Of a stretch of 64,000 bases of DNA, positions 13,202 to 26,580 are shown in pieces. The DNA comes from Octopus sinensis (taxonomy: Eukaryota): the NCBI RefSeq assembly GCF_006345805.1, contig NC_043008.1, forward strand, positions 33,976,001 to 34,040,000, read 5' to 3'. The notes under the pieces were generated by a model. It had not been told where the DNA came from. It made no database searches and was given only the letters and a program-made list of their open reading frames with translations. Both the position numbers and the translations under genes were made by a program. Within the stretch, counting starts at the first letter, position 1. Every line of letters begins with the position of its first letter.

Positions 13202-13363
13202 GTAAGTATCTGGATAGAATTCTCATTTTTAATCTGTGTGTTTGTGTGTATGTGGCTGTGTGTACATATTAGTGTGGCTGTGTATGTGCATGATATGTAT
13301 GTATGCATGTGCGTGATTTTGCTGCATTATCATGTTACTTAAAAGTTCCTGTTTTCAATTCAG

Positions 13364-13421
13364 GTAATAACAGATTACTATCAAGCTCTTTGACCATTTT
13401 CTCACACTACTTTCAATCCAG
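13364..13421 (+). CDS. 58-nt exon (VITDYYQAL*PFSHTTFNP), in-frame TGA at 13391-13393
   Basis: Acceptor gttttcaattcag| and donor cag|gtaatg. Phase 0 to 1, which exactly bridges the flanking exons; continues 'GWRLET-VITD'. Confidence 0.5.
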
Positions 13422-13899
13422 GTAATGAAACAGGTACATAAATATAAGGATATAAAGATATCTCCTTTTAATGTGGAACACAGTCATCTCTCTCTCCCTC
13501 CCATTCACTCTTTCTTCCTCTCTCATTCTCTCTCTCTCTCTCAAACACACACTAATACACATACATATACATACAAACACATGCATACACACACACACTC
13601 ATACATAGATAGACAGATATACATACATACACTCATACATACATACATACACACATACATACATACACACACACATACATACATACATACAGTCATACAT
13701 ACATACAGACATACATACATACATACATATGTATACATACATCACTACACCTTGCTATGGTACCAGCTGCTACAGTGAATGCCACTGAAAGACTGACCAC
13801 AATATGCTCCACACAGTTATCCCTAACAGCTGCTAAAGCAACACCTGGGGTTACAGAGTTAAGCTATCAACAGACATATTCCAATGTGATATTTTTTTT

Positions 13900-15300
13900 C
13901 ATCTGTAATACTGTTTGTATTTGCAGTGAATCCATTGTTGGCCCTGTTCACAGAATGCGATGGCTACATGTTGGGATATGCAGGAAAGAAAAAGTTAATG
14001 TCATCCACACATTGTGAGTAAAGCCAGAAAAACAACAGAGTATTTCTGTAGACTCTGGAAAATATGGAAGTCAGGGCTGTCTGCATTTAACAAGACCGTA
14101 TCTCACCATACTTTTGCAGCACCATTGCTAATACCAACATTTGGGATATTGGATCGGACATTTGATGAGATATGCAGTTTGGACATCAAAACCAGAAAGG
14201 TACTGACCACCACTGGCAACTTCCACATTAACAGCAACACCAATAGGATATATGTGAGGTGAAATGATGACGGTAGAGGCATAGGGTCAGTCCAAACAAC
14301 CTTTGGAATTTGCATTGTTTCACTCAGACAACACCTGTTGAACAGTAAAAAAAGAGATGAGTATATTCTATGCATACTGAAAAGGGAGAGTAACAACATC
14401 GTCAGGGTTGGAGAACTATTGTGTAGGTACTCTGAGCATACAGCTATCTTATGCAACCCAATGGAGACTGTATTGGCCAACTTAAGCAGAAGCTTGAAGG
14501 AGAAGCAGGCATCATAATACCAGCAAAAAGCAATGCATGGGGTACTTATTCCATAAGCTAGAGGGCAACAACTGTATTGACAGGAAGAGCAGTCCCTCCT
14601 AGGCCCACGATAGATACATTACATCCCAGCTAGAAGGATATACCTTCGCTATTCAGAAAGATGAGATAGCTATTAAATACCTGCTAAACAAGTGAGACAA
14701 AGATACTACAAAACCTGCATAACGTGTTAAAAAAAATGGGTAGTATTGTTATACCAGTGTGAAGGATATCAGCCACATCATAAGCAGCTGCCCCCAAATG
14801 TCTATGAGATACTACCTGTCCCTAAGGCATGATATAGTTACAAAGGCTATTTACGATGCTATCTGCAAGAAAGACTGCTCTGATGTATATATTAAAAGCA
14901 TGTTAGAACCAGAAGGTATTCACACCTTCAAGAGCAAGAAATACTCGTGGAACAATTCGATAAAAGCATAATTTCAGTGCAAACATAACAGACCTGACAT
15001 TGTTATGTGGGACTGGAAACAAAGATCATGCACTGTTCTAGAGGTCAGCTGCCTAGCGGATGTGAATGTACAATCAAATGTCCAGGAAAGATGGAACAGT
15101 AATGGCGAATTAATGCGGAACTTACAACTCTTGTACACTGACTATAAATTCTCATTTTTACCTGTCATCATAGGTGAACGATGTTATGAACCAACAATTT
15201 TGCACAAAAACTTAGAAATACTTGGTTTCAGAGAAAAAAATGAAACTGATGTGAATTCTTCAAATCCAATCCATAAGTGGCACAGAGTAGATTTATAAGA
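13900..15300 (+). mobile_element. R4/Dong-like non-LTR retrotransposon, 3' part (RT thumb, CCHC finger, restriction-like endonuclease)
   Basis: TFAAPLLIPTFGIL...LDIKTRKVLT, HIISSCPQMSMRYYLSLRHDIV, CKHNRPDIVMWD, LEVSC...; multiple stops. Confidence 0.8.
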
Positions 15301-16058
15301 CACTCCCAAAATTCTCCATCTACGATTCTTATGTAAATAAGTGCACACACTTGGGTGTATGCATCGACAGTTTGACTAACTCACCGATTCAACTACATAT
15401 TTATAAATACTGGAGCTCTCTTAACCTCAAAGAGCATTGTCACTTTGTCAGTGACCAGCTCGGGATCACTTTCTCAAGGGAAACACACACACACACACAC
15501 ACACATACACACACATATACTCTTTTACATGTTTCAGTCATTTGACTTTGGCCATGCTGAGTACCGCCTTTAGCTGAAGAAATTGACTCCAGGACTTATA
15601 CTTTGTAAGCCTAGTTCTTATTCTATCAGTCTCTTTTGCTGAACTGGTAAGTTTCGGGAACATAAACACACCAACATCAGTTGTCAAGTGATAGTAGCGT
15701 GACTAACACAGACGCAAAGACAAACTTACATAAATGTATACCTGCGCGCATGCGTGTGACTGCAAACATGTGTGCGCCTGCGCGTACGCACGTATGTACG
15801 TGTATGCGCACGCATATGTATGCATGAATAAATATATCGATGCGCATGAGCATGCATGTATATATATGTATGTGTATGTAAAAACGTATGTATATGTCTG
15901 TATATATACATATGTGTGCGTGTGTGTGTGTGTATGTATACATATTTGCACATGTATATGTATTTGTGTGCATGCGTACGTATGTCATTATACCTGCTTT
16001 CCTCCTCTCTGATTCCTACCTGTCATTAACCTATCACATACGTCTAACTTATATATAA

Positions 16059-16290
16059 CTAGAAGACAAACCCGGCCTTGCTCGGGATTAAAATAGTTTA
16101 TTATTGTTTTACTTGTTTCGGTATTATAACCCGGTTTCATTCGGGTCGACGCTGGCCACATTTTAAGAGTTGACGAATGTAGCTCTGGAGGCCACGCGTT
16201 TCAAATGAGCAAACTCAAAATTGCTATGCAAACTCACCAGCACTTTTAATATAGGTGTGCAAATTTTCAGCTCAATCCAACCACATATGC
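16059..16290 (-). mobile_element. Non-autonomous Helitron 3' end
   Basis: On the minus strand, hairpin cccg-N8-cggg about 8 nt before CTAG|T (ctag at 16059-16062). Confidence 0.6.
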
Positions 16291-16763
16291 ACACATTATA
16301 TATATATGCATACGCATTAAATATATATGCACATATATACGCATTATATACATACATACACTCACACACACACACACATATATATATATATACGCATTAT
16401 GTATACATATGTATACACATTATATATATATATATACACATACATATATATTCAAATATCGATATATACTCTTTATATATATATAAATTATATATATATA
16501 TTTATATTTATACACACACGCACACATATATATATATAAATTAACATAGTAAATATCTGATTAATAATATCTGTTATCATTATTGTGCGGTGGTGGTGGT
16601 GGGCGATAATAATTCACCGTTGTAAAAGCCCTGTAGCAGGAATATTTAAACTTCAAGGGAGTGAAATATATTCCGACACAATATAATTATTTACTATTTT
16701 ATTCCTCTCCATTAATCCCACTTGCGTCTGTCAACGCTTTCTGTCTATAGATACGGAAAGACG

Positions 16764-16766
<3 letters not shown>

Positions 16767-16842
<76 letters not shown>
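16767..16842. repeat. (AG)n microsatellite
   Basis: Direct dinucleotide run. Confidence 0.95.
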
Positions 16843-16843
<1 letters not shown>

Positions 16844-16899
16844 CTGGGAGAGAAAGAGCGACAGAGAGACAGCGAATACGGAGAGAGAAAGAGAAAACC

Positions 16900-17520
16900 G
16901 AACGCGAGAGTCTGAAGAGAGAAGCAAGATGAGATTTTCTCAAGATCAACAAAGGCATGTTGTAGCACTTAATCCTGGATCATTAAATCAATGTTTTAAC
17001 GATTAGAGTTCCAATAGAATAGCTCTCAGTAATAGACTACGTACAAATTCGTTCTTCACAACTCCTAAAGTTGTTTTCAGATATGATCCATCCCATTCGT
17101 ATAAAAATGATAACTCTCTCTAAATTGGTGTGCTAAGCACAAATTGTCGTTTCTGTAGAGCTTTAAAATTTCCAAATGAAACAAATGGTATGTGCTGCTC
17201 AGGCGGTCAGGTAACATTGCCAGCACTACCAGCTCCTTCTCAACGTTTTATGGATCCTCTACAAGGCACTTCCATCCACTCAAAGGATTTTCTGAACAAT
17301 ATCAGACACTATAACTCTGCATTTCAAATAACATTGATTGCTGCATCTTAGAAGAGAGTTAAACATGAATTTACGCCGACGTCAAAGTTCAAGGACAAGT
17401 CTATCACCTCATTGGTTTCCTGTTACTCACAAATGGACAAATACAGTTCCTCCAAATTTACTTTATGAGTGATGGAGGACAACAAACCCGAAAGAGGTGT
17501 CGAAATTTCAGATGATGAGC
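16900..17520 (+). mobile_element. Helitron RepHel N-terminal fragment
   Basis: FRYDPSHSY...STNCRFCRALKFPNETNGMCCSGGQVTLPALP...FLNNIRHYNSAFQIT...VQGQVYHLIG, typical of the Helitron Zn-finger/pre-Rep region; degenerate. Confidence 0.85.
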
Positions 17521-17849
17521 CGTGTTAGATATAGCGCCAACTGCTGCAAAAGAGAGTATATTCACTGACAGCTTTTCGGTGCGTTAAAAAATCCCATAAC
17601 ACCCACCCCCAATTTTCCGTGACAGGTTGGGGCCTGAAATACTCTAAATGGACGCATAGCATGCTGCCTAGATGAATTAGCTCATCATTTACTCCACAAA
17701 TGTTTTGTTGTCAATGCTGCACTTTCCCATATCACCTGTTTCAACATAACTGTAATATATTATATAAAACTATACCATATTAATTTCGAGAAACACCAGG
17801 TATCTCTACTAGTTTATAGTAATTTGAAATCCTTGTATTTTTCCCTCCA

Positions 17850-18560
17850 CTCAAATTTTACTACCAAAACCACTACTCACTTCTGTATCACCCCACCCAT
17901 ACATTTTCTATACCTATCCCTTAAAACACCCCTACTCACATATCTCACATTTTTGTACTCTTTACCTTCTCATCTTTTCCTATCCTTCTCTCATCCTCCT
18001 ATCACTTTATCTTAACCACCAACTTACACTCCTTTTCTCACTTCTTCCACCCTTTCTTCACTTTTTCACTCTATTCACTTTTGTTCTTTCTCACCCTCTT
18101 TTTTTCTCTTTTCTCCTTTCTTCCTCTCATTTTCTCTTCCTGTTTTCACTTTGAACTATCTTCTCATTCTAATCATATATATCTCCTTCCCCATATATCC
18201 ACAAATACTACCGATACATTCTCAAATTTTCATTCACTCCACAAAACCCTTTCGAACGAGCAACACTGAATTCATGGCTCCATACTTTGAAATGACTGAA
18301 CATGAACTGCTATTAGAACATACATACAATGTACAGGAAACTTCTTTACCACTTCTATACAGCATTTCCTCGAATAATGGAACTGCAACTACAATATCTT
18401 TATACATCTTATTTCTCCTTTCATTCCCTTATTTCCCTCTATATTCTCTATCTCCTCATTTTCCATAATTCGAACTCAAATATTCTCACACCGTCTCTGA
18501 TTAAGGGATATCCGTAATATCCCACAAACAGCTGTAAGTCTATTTCCTTATAAATGTCCT
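17850..18560 (+). mobile_element. Penelope-like element 3' region with degenerate hammerhead motif
   Basis: CT-rich tract, then ctgatTa-a-gggatat-ccgta-atatccc-a-Caaa-cagctg-ta at 18497-18536. Confidence 0.45.
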
Positions 18561-18600
18561 GAAAACTCCTCTCAGCCTTGGCTTTCTTATCACATTCTGT

Positions 18601-18602
<2 letters not shown>

Positions 18603-18690
<88 letters not shown>
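18603..18690. repeat. (TA)n microsatellite (many others, e.g. 19137-19166, 19899-19938, 20096-20181, 27699-27760, 40991-41058)
   Basis: Direct runs. Confidence 0.95.
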
Positions 18691-18691
<1 letters not shown>

Positions 18692-19127
18692 CAAAGTGAA
18701 GTTGTAAGGTACCACACGAGCGGAAATATATATGAAAGAAGGTTTGAAAATGCAATTTTAAAGATGTTGATTCACTTGACCTTTTTCACTTTTTTAGAAA
18801 AATATTGTCAAAAGTAAAATGTAGAGCTTTGTATAAGCTTTGTTGTGTTAAGTACTGGTTGTCATAAAAGTATTGAAATACATGTATACATACTTTGATA
18901 ATAATAAGAAAATGTTAAAAACAGTTTACAAGGAAATATCTTGAGAATATATTAAACAAGAAGTATTAGGAGCTCAAGATAAATGTTAGGAGTTCAATAA
19001 AAGTCATGTTTGGTAGTATATATATACACAGAAGGAGATATAAGATATATTTGGGAGCTTACAAAGATGAACTGACCTGTTAGGACAATTCATCTGAAAT
19101 TCTTTGTAAACTCCCAAATATATTTCC

Positions 19128-19171
<44 letters not shown>

Positions 19172-19895
19172 ACAGTATTTAAACGTTCTAACAGAACGCG
19201 TTCTGAAAATAATCCGATGTAACTCTATCCTGTACTGCTCCTAATCTCTCCTAATGTCTCTCTCTCTCCCCCTTCGTTTCCTCCCTCTTCTTTCCACTTA
19301 TTCTTTTCATCTTCCCTTCTCCTCCTTTCGTTTTTCTCACTCATCCTGTCTCTAATTCTTTTTTCTCCTCTTCACCGTTTTTTATCTGTCTCTCTCTCTT
19401 TCTCACTATTCCTCCTTTACTCTCTCGTTGCTCACACGTGACCATCGGCCATCTTTCTTTTCTTAACTTGAGCTTCTTTCTTTCCTTCTGGTGTGTTGCA
19501 CAGATCAGACGCATTTTTGTCTGTCTCCTCTCCTATCTTTTCTCCCGTCAAAAATTGTCGCTCCAGCGTTCGCCACCTCACCTCGTCATAGCTTAGCAAC
19601 CGTCACTATTTTGTTTTCACTGTCCTGTTTTTGTTACCAACTTTCACATTCTGCAAATCCCACATTTTATTTCGGGTTGAGGGAGCAACTGTTTCCTCGA
19701 AGGCACTTCTTGTCGTAATTGCTCGAAACATAGAGTAGATAAACAGCCGACAACTGACGAAGGGTCGTTCTTTATGTTACTTGTCTTGCTTTTTTCAATT
19801 GTTTCTTTCGTTGTTCGCAAAAGAATTCGTATTCCATGTTTTCGTATTTTCGTATTTCATGTTGCTTACGTTTTGTGACATCCTGTACCCATATA

Positions 19896-19941
<46 letters not shown>

Positions 19942-20090
19942 TCAATAAATGGTGGGGTTGTGTTGACCGCACGTGGAGAAATGATAAGCAAGGAAAAATT
20001 GTAAAAATGCAGAATGCTCGATTGAAAGAAAATTTTAATGAATTGATATATATATTCTTATATGATTGAACGCCACGCATCCATTTCCAA

Positions 20091-20190
<100 letters not shown>

Positions 20191-20482
20191 ATACATACAT
20201 ACATACATACATACATACATACATACATACATACATACATACATACATACATACATGCATACATATATATATGTGTGTATGTGTGTGTTACATGCAATGT
20301 GTTTCACATTTTTATTCCAATTTTTTTTGCAGATTTATTTGATGAATTTGAATACTTCGGCTGCTTATACCTGCAAACTCGATGACCCTGAGGCCAAGGA
20401 AAAAGGTTGTAAACTAAAGCTCAAAGGTAAATTACATCATATGTCTATGTAGTTAGCGAGCAATGAATATAAATATATATAT

Positions 20483-20523
<41 letters not shown>

Positions 20524-20770
20524 GAGAGAGGAGAAATTAGTGAAGTTGAAGATGCTTGCAGAATATATGAAGTTATTTGAATTTTAAAACATACATAATA
20601 CATCACCATCATCATCATCATCGTCGTGTAACATTCATCTTCCATGTATGCATCAGTAGGACACACATTCCCCCCTCTCTCTGTATATATATATATATAT
20701 ATATGTATATTCATACATATATGCATATACACATACATATACATATATACACACATATATATATCTATAT

Positions 20771-21733
20771 GGCGATCTTTCGTTTGTAGTAGCACGTTTC
20801 CGTCGATGATTTCCGTAAAAAACTTTTATTTTTTTACATATGGGCTTGCGGGAACATTTGAAGTAATGAGAGCGAAAGAGACTAAGAGGAAGCGATTTTA
20901 TGACGAGGGAATTTCTTTTGAAGTTACCGAAGCACATATACACATAAACCGAGTAAAAAATTACACTGAATCGGCCATACATACATACATACATACATAC
21001 ATACATACATACATACGTACATACATACATACATACATACACACATACACACACATACTTACACACACACACACATACATAGATACATACACACACACAC
21101 ATACATGCAGACATACATATACACATACACCGAGTAAAAAATTACACTGAATCGGCCATACATACATACATACACACATACACACACACACACACATACA
21201 TTTACACATACATACACCGAGTAAAAGATTACACATATCGGCCATACATACATACATACACACACACATACATAGATACATACACACATACATACACACA
21301 CACATACATAGATACATACACACACACATACATGCATACATACATATACACATACACCGAGTAAAAAATTTCAGTTATCTCTCTCTTCCACACATTACTC
21401 TCTCTGTCTCTTCACACACACTAACAGAAGCACTTCACTTACACAACATACTGTCTGTCTCCCACACCCCATCAAACACACACACATGCGCGCGCGCACA
21501 CACACACATGTACATCAATGCTTCGGTAACTTCAAAAGAAATTCCCTCGTCATAAAATCGCTTCCTCTTAGTCTCTTTCGCTCTCATTACTTCAAATGTT
21601 TCCGCAAGCCCATATGTAAAAAAATAAAAGTTTTTTACGGAAATCATCGACGGAAATGTGCTACTACAAACGAAATGTGCTACTACAAACGAAATCATCG
21701 ACGGAAATGTGCTACTGCAAACGAAAGATCGCC
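20771..21733. mobile_element. MITE/foldback element with ~164-bp TIRs inserted in (TA)n
   Basis: Left arm 20771-20934 (GGCGATCTTTCGTTTG...CCGAAGCA) is the reverse complement of 21519-21733, which carries an internal ~50-bp duplication. The interior holds an accgagtaaaaaattacac...(CATA)n minisatellite. Confidence 0.85.
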
Positions 21734-21736
21734 ATA

Positions 21737-21769
<33 letters not shown>

Positions 21770-21772
<3 letters not shown>

Positions 21773-22197
21773 ATTATAATATTAAGGTTTTTTTGCAACA
21801 AGTTGCTTAAACCACATAACGAAAATATTAGAAATAGCAGCCAAAGGACTACTATGTCTTTTACTATAAACATAAGTCTCCACAGATATGTGTAACTCAC
21901 ATATGGCAAAAGAAGAAGAAAAACAACGAAACCACACAGTCTTCGGATTAATTATGGACGTACGTTTCTGGATTATAATCGTAAAGTTCATTTCCTTATC
22001 AACATAATATTTCCCATAAATCTAGAATTGCTAGGAAAAACTTAGCTCTTATATTTTCGATCAAGCGACATCGAAAGATCGATACAAAAGTCCACTAGCA
22101 TATCCACGTTTGTATATTTATATTGGCTGCTATTTCTAATATTTTCGGTATGTGGTTTAAGCAACTTGTTGCAAAAAACCCTTATTATTATAATTAT
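21770..22197. repeat. Inverted repeat (~75-bp arms) of an unclassified element
   Basis: ...taaggtttttttgcaacaagttgcttaaaccacata...gcagccaa (to ~21843) versus ttggctgc...gcaaaaaaccctta... (from ~22123). Confidence 0.75.
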
Positions 22198-22479
22198 ATA
22201 AATTTTTACCGAATATGGTCCTTTTCCATACCGAAATACTACTAGGTGAAATTTATTTATTTTATTAAATTAATTATATTCCACCCTTTATCTGTATTGT
22301 ATATATACATATATATACATATATCTATATATCTATATATACACATACATACATACATACACACACAAACACACTTATGGTAACGAAGCCAAAGTTCACC
22401 GAGTAAAGTCACTTATCACAGGTCAACATTGAACTCTGATTTCTTGCTCACTTTTGCTATTTATAGCAGTGCTTGGAAG

Positions 22480-22900
22480 GAAGGTGTGTAGCGTGTGATC
22501 ATCACATTAACAATGACAGAGAACGTTATTATGGTGACACCTCCTCAGAAGCCTACATAGTGTTGCTAAAAGTGTATAGATAACAGCGCATGAGCCGCAC
22601 ACAAGTGTACAAGTAGTTCAGATGTTTCCAAGATGGCCGAAAATGTTGATATTGACGACTGTTCTGGGAGACACGCAACCAGCAGAATTGAGAAAATCAT
22701 CCCTGATGCAGCAGTGAGGGGGAAATCGCCGAATCACATCCTTGAATTATCAGACGATGTGCAGATTAGTTACGGTTCAGTTCCGTCTATTGTCACTGAA
22801 GATTTGGACGTGAGATACGTGTCTGCCAAGTTTGAGCCAAAAAATCGGAAGTGAGCTATAACGTTATATCTTAGTGCGCACGTGAGACAGAGTTCATGGT
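22480..22900 (+). mobile_element. Mariner transposase N-terminal (HTH) fragment
   Basis: GDTSSEAY..., MSRTQVYK.FRCFQDGRENV..D.SGR...ISYGSVPSIVTEDLDVRYVSAKF. Confidence 0.75.
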
Positions 22901-23844
22901 CAATCTGATCCAAGCAGCTTCACTTTCCATACTTTAGCTTCGTTACTATAGCAACAGTCCGGATACTTATTGATCAGACTATGTATACATATATACATAC
23001 ATATACATACATACATATGTATGTATATGTGTGTATATATGCATGTATATATATATGGGTATGTATGTATATTTGTGTATATATATGTGTATGTGAGTGT
23101 ATGTGTGTGTATTTATGTGCCTGTATCATGTGTATGTGTATGTGTGACTGTCTGTCTGTGTGTGCATGTGTATTTGTGTGTGTATCAGTATAAAAACGTT
23201 GTATAAGATATAGATTCAGTGAATTGTGTGACTGTCATAGAAAGCTCCTCTACCAGACTCAGCTAGCAGACAACATGATAATCCAAAACAAAACAGTGTA
23301 ATGCAAAGTGCTCATGTAGCTGAAATACATAAAATCCAATCAATGAAATTATTTTAATTAGTAGTATATAAGACGCAAAACATCAGACAATATCAGAATT
23401 GAATATATTTATTTAACGTTTAACATCTACAGGGTTACAGTTGTTTCGCAGCCTATTTCATGTAGAAAGAATTTCAGTGTGCAGCAAGTCATGTTTACAT
23501 CTCTTCATTAATATGCATGCTATGCATTATACAATTCCTGTTCACAAATGAATGCAAGTAAAGTAAGCTAATCATCAGATCACCAGAACATCGAAGTAAT
23601 ACCAACAATTTAATGATTTGTGAATATACAATTGTATTGCATAATATACAGCATGCATATGGATTTAATCATGTGAACATAATTTATTGCACACTGAAAT
23701 TATTACTGCATAAAGAATGTTTCAAAACAGCTGTAATCCTATAGATGTCAAGTGGTTAAATAAACTTATTCACCTCATACCTCCTGGTTCTTTATGGTTT
23801 ATACATATACCTACCTACCTACATATATACATACATATATATAT

Positions 23845-23945
<101 letters not shown>

Positions 23946-24033
23946 GGTGACACCTCATCAGAAGCCTATATATATATGATGGGTTCTCTTGTGTGTAAAC
24001 TACAAATGAGGGTTCAGTAAAATAAAGCATTAA

Positions 24034-24370
24034 TCATGTCCCATGGACATGAATGTGTCTCTTGAAGTCTGCTAGTGCTTTGCAGACCTTTTGGTGAATG
24101 GAACAAGTTGAGGACTTGGTTTTCTTGAGTGTATATGGATCAATCACACTGTATTTTCTTGAGTGGATGGCAAGACCTGCTTTGCTTTGAGCTATAAAAT
24201 TATAATGACAGTTAAGGTTTCCATTTAGAGGAGCAACATTTTGCCAGTGTGCCTTCGTGCTTGCACAAATTTGCTTCTGATGTTGGAGTTTACTTTGCTC
24301 AAATCTTTGAACTGGACAAAAGAAGGCCTGGTGCCAGGTCCTGCGTTCTGATGCTTGTTTTCCCAGGAAG
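24034..24370 (-). mobile_element. RTE-type LINE C-terminus with two decayed C2H2-like fingers
   Basis: ASERRTWHQA...SKAGLAIHSRK...TCSIHQKVCKALADFKRHIHVH. Confidence 0.55.
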
Positions 24371-24399
24371 AAAAGGGAATGTTGCATTGCTCCAGATGG

Positions 24400-24870
24400 A
24401 ATAATAATATTAGAAAGCTTCTACCCCTACTGGTGACAAAGGGCCTCTCACCCAGAGTGAAAAGCAGATTGTACGATGCATGTGTGCGAACTGCCATGCT
24501 TCACGACAATGACTGCGGAGGACATGTGTTGGCTCGAAAGAAATGAAGCTAGCACGATCCGCTGGATGTGTAATGTCAATATGCACACACGACAGAGTGT
24601 AAACGCCCTGAGAGAAATGTTGGACATATGAAGCATCGGATGTGGCTTGCAAGAGAGTCGTTTGCGCTGGTGTGGCCATGCACTACGGATGGATGAGGAG
24701 ACCTGTGTGAAGAAGTGCCACTTCCAAACAGTTGAAAGAATCCGGGGTAGAGGTAGACCCAGGAAGACATGGGGTGAGGTGGCGAAGCATGACCTTGGAA
24801 CGTTGGGCCTAACAGAGGCAATGACGAAAGACCGAGACCTCTGAAGATATGCGTGACTGCAAAGAAACGG
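24400..24870 (+). mobile_element. RTE-X/RTE-like LINE 3' fragment
   Basis: LLPLLVTKGLSPRVKSRLYDACVRTAML...; RLRWCGHALRMDEETCVKKC...RGRGRPRKTWGEV; paralogue of 206-960. Confidence 0.75.
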
Positions 24871-25629
24871 TAAATAAAGTTAGTTCACAGCTGTATCCTA
24901 CATCAGTTTCGCATAACCAACCCCAGCACATTTAAACGTACCTTGAATCGTAGGGCAACCTGCTGTGCTTGAGGAGATCTATTGAGCCAAGTACATCAAC
25001 ATCAAAACGAAAATCAAATGGAAATTGTAGTTGTGCCGGTGGCACGTAAAAAGCAACATCCAAATGTGGCTGATGTCAGCGCCGCCTTGACTGGTTTTCG
25101 TGCTGGTGGCACGTAAAAAGCATCCACTACACTCATGGAGTGGTTGGCGTTAGGAAAGGCATCCAGCTATAGAAACACTACCAAATCAGACTGAAGCTTG
25201 TTGCAGCCTCCTAGCTTCCCAGACCCCGGCCGAACCGTCCAACCCATACTAGCATGGAAAACGAACGTTAAACAATGATGATGATGATGACATGCAGAAA
25301 CACCCGGCCTTAGTCGGGATTAAAATGGTATAGAGTTTTTATCGTTTTACTTATTTCGGTCATGTGACTGTGGCCATGCTGGAGCACTGCCTTTAGTCGA
25401 AGAAATCGATCCCAGGATATATTCTTTGTAAGCCTAGTACTTTTTCTATCGGTGTGTTTTGCGAAACGGCTAAGTTATGGGGACGTAAACACAGCAACAT
25501 CGGTTGTGAAGCGATGAAGGGGGTACAAATACGGGGACACACACACATATATGTATATATACATATATATAGGTATATTTACATATATATAGATGTATAT
25601 ATACATCTATATATACATATGTATGTATA

Positions 25630-26580
25630 CTAGCAAAGCATCCTGGCGTTGCCCAGGTGTTATGGCCTATAGCCACATTGTATTATTTGTGTGTTTCTTA
25701 CGGGCAGAATCGGCACACAAGGAGTGTAAGGCAAACAACACTTCTTTATAAACATGATCTTCGGTCGTTTTGTGATGAAAAACGCTGAAATTGTTGACAC
25801 CAAAAACAGGTAGAATGGCATCTTAGAGTAGAATGAAATCCTAACATTGCCCCCAAAATGACTTACGGATTTAAAGAATTGGATGACGTGTGATGATGTA
25901 AAGGTATCCGTCTTGTACAAAAGTAAAGTACAAGGAAAGAAAGCTGCTTCACTGTGAAAAGCATCAGACTGCACACTTCAAGATAAGTTATGTGAAACCG
26001 ACAATGCTTCTGGGTAAACTATGTTTTGTGTAAGCCTCGTGTTGATAGAATAAATATACAAGTCATCTGCACTGCTAACTCGAGAGCATGTGACATATAG
26101 TTGTCCGTGAGAAAATTGTAAATTGAGACACACAATTTTTAAAGTTTGGCCCTGGGAAGTGGAGGCGCTTGAATTGAAATGACACATTTGAGGGAACAAG
26201 GAGCATGCGTGGAATGTATGCGATCTCTCCTCAATGAGAGTCGACAATAATGGTTGCTTGTCGTTGTAGTAAGTCAATTTTGTACCATTGCATAGTGGTG
26301 GTGGGTCGAAATTCCTCAAGAGCAAGATAGGTGTAATTTCTTTAGGAACAACTAATGGGGTGGCAGACCTCTGGGTTGTAGAAAGTTGAGAAATTCAACT
26401 GGAGACTCAACAGTGGCATGTTCGTCGATGGTAGTATCAATGGAGACAAACGTTGAGGTATCTCCAGGTAGAATGTGGAGGAGTTCATGGATTACATTAT
26501 CAACGCTTTCCTTCCGAGGTGCTCTCTCTGCTTTTTTGAAGTTGTCTTACAATATGGGAAATACCTTTTCTTTAACCTTT
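25630..26580 (-). mobile_element. Helitron 3' part: PIF1 helicase C-terminus plus canonical 3' terminus
   Basis: PVEFLNFLQPRGLPPH, LLRNFDPPPLCNGTKL, SQGQTL, FSHGQLYVTCSRV, TQNIVYPEAL; hairpin cctgg-N6-ccagg (25642-25657) then CTAG|T at 25630. Confidence 0.9.

Noticed and set aside
19700-19770. GAAA...CTGACGA (also minus strand at ~1395-1450) as type II hammerheads
   Set aside because: Core words are present but I could not build stems I-III.
23420-23510. Minus-strand gcgaaacaactgta with upstream atgaagag as a hammerhead
   Set aside because: The core is mutated and stem II is not evident; at most a fossil Penelope end.
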